Positions 59,303-64,000 of a stretch of 64,000 nucleotides of DNA are shown piece after piece (positions within the stretch are counted from its first letter, which is position 1; each line of letters opens with the position of its first letter). The notes beneath the pieces are model-generated. The model ran no database searches, was not told the origin of the DNA, and saw only the letters and a program-made list of their open reading frames with translations. Position numbers and translations under genes: made by a program. Source of the DNA: Squalus acanthias (lineage: Eukaryota); NCBI GenBank assembly GCA_030390025.1, contig CM059431.1:109184001-109248000 (forward strand), given 5' to 3'.

Positions 59303-60013
59303 GGGCCAAATCTTGGTGGAAAAATAACGGCGAATTTACAGTGCACACCGTTAATAATGTGCAAATCGGCCGGCAAGTTTAGGGGATGAAGAGATACACT
59401 GTGAGTTGCGAATCTCCAGAACTTGCTGGTCGATTTACTTTGCACAAACGATATCTCGCCCTTCGCTTCCTCGTTATTTATAAGAACTTGCTGGATTTTC
59501 ACGATAATTGTTCATTGAACTCACCACAGAATGTTAGAGCTCATACTTAACAGCGTAAGTACCCTTTTAACGATATGATCATTGTTAATGAACTGCCAAT
59601 CAACCTCTCCGGCCCAGAAAGTTAACAATTTAAACTGTTGAGTCTCATTCCTGCATGTAGTAAATTCTTCTTCGAGATTTACAAATTTCACAAAATTTTT
59701 AATTTTCAATCTTTTTCTTACTTCTCCTTTCTGTCTCTTTTTACCACCCTCTCTTAATTCAATCTCTCTTTCCTTCTCTTTATCTCTCTTTCTGTATCTG
59801 ATTTGACTCTAATTCACCCTCCTTCTCTGTCGTTCCTCTGTATCTTTCTCAATCCTTAAATCTCATTGGTTAAGGAGATAGACTGTTGGTCCCAGATCCT
59901 CCGTTGCCCCGCACTATAATCAGCTCGCACTTCCGGCCAGTTACGGCACAAATTATATCGGTCTAATTAATGGCGCACACCACGAGATGCCCCAGGCAAG
60001 CAAGATTTGGCCC
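59303..60013. mobile_element. MITE (Harbinger-type), 711 bp
   Basis: Perfect 13-bp TIR GGGCCAAATCTTG / CAAGATTTGGCCC; 3-bp TSD AAT. Confidence 0.85.
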
Positions 60014-61554
60014 AATATCTTATTTGCACAGTGTATGTGCTTCCGTTTCATACAATCTTGTTAGTAGTTTGAAATAAATCTATCTTTTATTCCTGGAGTT
60101 CTGGTTCAATATGGCAGTCTTTTGTTCTTGCTTGAAACCAGCAGCTTGCTACAGATAGGACCCTGGTGTATGCCAAAAACCAATGAGAGTGTGCCCGATA
60201 GTCACACGGTACCAAATGCATTGGGCAGGCATGCTTTCATTGTGGGCATTGAACATAAAAGCTGTACATCGGTTATTAGCCACAAGTAGTTTTGGTTACA
60301 GCTGTGGTTGCCTCCGGCTGAATGTCAGTCAATAACCGTTTGAAATGTTTCATCACAACTACTGTGCCTTGTGGTAAAACTGCTCCAGGTGAATTGCTAT
60401 GTAAAGCACCTGTAATAAAGCTGATGTCGAACAGAAGTGATAAGAGCTAGTTATCAAGCATGGGGAGCAGTTGCTCTGGTTTGCTGTGTGTACCAATATC
60501 GTAAACACATTCACGACGGTTTACCTCCAATTGGTATTCCTACAAAATTGTACAACACTGTTACTTGTGAACAGGTTTCTGATTTTGCTAGAAATAGCAA
60601 GCAAAGGAAATCTTCTCGAAGGTGTTTAGAGTATTGCTATGCACACCGGACCCATTCTTCCTTCCATGTTATCTGTGCCCCTGTGTTGTATCGGAAGGTG
60701 TGTGAAGACATTGTAAGCTCTCCATCTCTCATCACTAGACACAAGTTGGAGCACAGTTGCACTAATTTTCACACACTCGTGTCACACTAGAAAAAAATCT
60801 CAGGAGTAGGATGTAAAGTTATGGCTACTGCAACCTACCCTGGAAAAAATAATCCATCAGCTGTGTAATTATAACCAGAACAATGTGATCATTTATACAC
60901 ATTATTAAATAGAACTTTCTAACTACAAGCAAAATCAGCACAATCCCTCTCCTGGTGCCTCCCTCGACATTAAACACCTCAGTGTCTCCAATAAATCAGA
61001 GCGTTTCGTTTGTAAATTATTACTAAAACTTATTTTCAGCTTTTTATTCCCCCTGATTGTAGACAGATTTTTAGTTCCAATGTTTCCCAGCATGAGCTGT
61101 CTACGAGAACTGATCCAAGCTGTGTTGCAATGGCAAAAGAATTTTCCTGCTTATAAAAAATAGCCACATTATTTCATTTCCAACAATCTGTACCACCTGT
61201 TCCGCTAAACAGCATGATCCTGAGAATGGTGAAGCAAGACATCAGGCCGATTCTGAAGCGTTTAATGAAAGGTAGCGATTGAAATGTAGCTGCAATTGTA
61301 GAGTTCTCTATTCCCCCTGACTGTGGAGCCTAAGAGCTGCCTGTAGCTGGAGGATGCACGGAACTGATCCACGCTTGGGAACCGCAACAGCTGGGGAAAT
61401 AAGGAGCTTCATCCAATGCAGCTACCAACAGTCCAAATGTCATTGGCTCTTCCGCCAAGAAAATCTGAGCTAATTGGCAACTGTTTTACTGCCTGTTTTT
61501 CCACAGATAGTTTGCACATTGATAAGTAAAATAGATAATGCAACAAGACAATAA

Positions 61555-61691
61555 GGGTCAAGGGATTTGGGGATAGTGCGGGAAGGTGGAGTTGAGGTAA
61601 AAGATCAGCCATGGTCTTATTGAACGGCAGAGCAGGCTCGATGGGGCCAAAAGACCTACTCCTGCTCCTATTTTTTTTTAATGTTCTTATG
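61555..61691 (+). mobile_element. CR1 LINE 3' end
   Basis: AGATCAGCCATG.TCTTATTGAA.GGC.GAGCAGGCTCGA...CCTACTCCTGCTCCTATTT followed by an ATGTTCTTATG tail. Confidence 0.8.
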
Positions 61692-63355
61692 CTCAACTTT
61701 TCAATCTTTTATTTCTTTATGCTTGGTCCTTTTCTTAAAAAAGGTACAACTCCCTACTGTAGAAGGTTTCTCATTTGACGACTCGATCAAATGATAGCTT
61801 AACCCGAGATTGGTCATCTGATGGCGCAAACCAGCCATTCAAATCCACTGAATCACAAATCCAGTTTTCTGATTGGATATTTTGAATCTCAAAGGCAAGG
61901 CTCTTCATTATCTGTAACTTGTTAGCAGAAATAGTGCTGAAGATTCAAGTGAAAGGAAATAGATATATAACTGTAACAGGAAGCATTGAGGTGGAAACTA
62001 TGTAACTCACCAATGGAAAGTTACCACAGAGCTTGTCCCAAACCACTTGGAGCACAATAAAGTGAGGATGGAAAGTTTTAGAAATGTCTGTGATAGTGCT
62101 GCCACTGGAAATGTTCCAATATTCAAGAGGCTGAAAGATAGCAATAACCTATCTCACAACCCAGTTTCAGAAATGTTGCCAGGTGATGCATTTATTCTTG
62201 CTGTTATCAACCCTGGCTTATATATAGCTGCCAACTCGGCCTGGCTGAGATAGCCAGAGGTTGCCTCGGCTTACAACCTTGAACAAGATCTGTGAAAACT
62301 GACTGCTCTGGAAGAGGTAAACAGCACTGGTTTGACGAAGGTGAAACCGTCAACATGTGCAGGTTCCCCCTTGCTTGGAGTCCTTTTGGTGCTGATACAA
62401 AATGCACAGATCTTGTTTTACTGCCATCAACCGAATCCGCTGAGGTCAGGTAGCAGGCTAATTGTATGCGGGGAAAAATAGGATAAAATTTGAAACACTG
62501 CCACGTAGAGTATTACGCAAAGGGGATGCATATTGGCAATTCAGGCATGGGCGGGGCAGTACACCCTGCACAATCTCCCACCCGTTATCAATTCATAACC
62601 AGAATATTGGGTGGGATGCACTGACGTCCATGTCCAACTTCTCAGTATGTGCTTCTATTGCAAAAGGGAGCACTAATTTGTAAAAAATCTATCCCTTAAC
62701 TGTTAGGTACAAGTGTATGTATTACGGGGTAGTGACCGTTTGCCGATTTCTATCAAGCTCCAAGGTGTCTTCTCCTGCAATGCAATGCACCTTCTGGGGT
62801 TGTAAATATGTGAAGACACTAAGCAGCCATGCTGTGGAAAGTGAATGAGTACATGAGGAGCTGTTGACCTACAACTCGACATTAACCCTAACGATAGGCA
62901 GGACTCCATTGCCAAGCAAAGGATCGCATTTAAGTGTTTGGGTTGGAAAAATTAATCAGGGTCGGAACGCACATGAAGATTGTGCGTCACGCTGCCAGCT
63001 GTTTTGGTGGAGAGGGCAACAGCTGGAATACTCAAGCCTGTGTCCAGCAGCGCTGTCCACAGAAAGACAACAGTACCTGAAGTCAAACACTTTGCATGTG
63101 TGGAGCCCAATAATATCTCATCAGCATTTAGTGATGAGGTAACCACACTGGACTGTTTACAGTTGTCTGTTTTATTACATACAAGCAAGGAAATAGATAA
63201 TATAAGGGGGGGAGGGGGAGGTGATATTCAATTTGGACGGGTACACAAAACGGACGATATTGCACTTGTTATATGCCTGTTATATGCCCAGTCCAAAATT
63301 CAGTTCCATTCATGTTGGGATGGGGCGTATAACTTTTAATTTGTGCCACATTAAT

Positions 63356-64000
63356 GGCTGAATTTTGCTGGCGCTCAGCGCGCAGGTTTGGAGGTGGGTC
63401 TGCTGTCAAAATCACCAAGATTGACAGCGGGTCAGTATCCCGTTGTAAACCCGCCTTTTTGTCAGTTTCCCAAGCGTCGGGCATGTCATCCCTGAACAGA
63501 CCCGACACCGTCAGCCAATTTAGATAGTTAAAAGCTTATTAAAAGGCAGTTAAGAACTATTTTCCCATGTACTTATCATTTTACCAGGTTTTCAACGAGG
63601 TTCCCGGAGAGTGGTTATCACGTCAGTTAATTATGTCGGGTTCTCAATGACTGTGGATTGCTGTGAATGGGTGAAAGCTGAAAAAGTGGTATAAAACCTA
63701 CCATTTCACAGCTGGTCACTTCCCAATCTTAGAAGCTGGAGCATTAATGATTTGGAACCAACTTTTGAGCTTTATGCACTTTTGAAATGTTTGGAGTAAT
63801 CTCTCTATCCACTGTCACCTCCCTGGAACAACCTATCTCAACATTGACAGATTACTTCTGTCATCTCAACCTCACCTGCCATCGATTCCATCTGTATCGG
63901 TGTCTGTGAAAAAATCTCACCTCGGTCCTCAGATCAGCCCCAACACCAGCATCACCGGGCACACCAGCAGCACCAACATCCATGCCAACCTTCTCCGCAA
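63356..64000. mobile_element. Second copy of the 21198-23031 Harbinger-type element; runs off the right edge
   Basis: Colinear homology with 21300-21830 (GAACAGACCCGACACC, TGTTTGGAGTAA.CTCTCTATCCA.TGTCACCTC, CACACCAGCAGCAC). Confidence 0.75.

Overview
Eukaryotic, repeat-rich vertebrate DNA. The repeat repertoire (DeuSINE/SacSINE1-like SINEs, CR1 and L2 LINE tails, Penelope-like elements, a GPR139-like fragment) points to a cartilaginous fish, probably a shark (inference). The only host coding exon I can support is a 116-bp minus-strand exon at 23985-24100 matching DACH1 (SSRPGRPPKRSQSVTSPENSHIMPHTVPGLMSPGMIPPT), so the rest of the window is most likely dach1 intron. The introns hold: a complete but disabled CsRn1-clade-like Gypsy LTR retrotransposon (238-bp LTRs, tRNA-Trp PBS, CHCC gag knuckle); a Neptune-like Penelope element with an inverted terminal copy and a 14-bp TSD; a size series of non-autonomous Penelope derivatives carrying minimal hammerhead ribozyme motifs of two sequence families; several Harbinger-type MITEs with 3-bp TSDs, plus Harbinger transposase and Myb-like remnants; CR1/L2 LINE pieces and many SINEs; a C-rich minisatellite; and repeat-free blocks with Pbx-Hox/Meis/POU motif clusters that are candidate dach1 enhancers. 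All calls were made by eye without database searches, and boundaries of degraded repeats are approximate.
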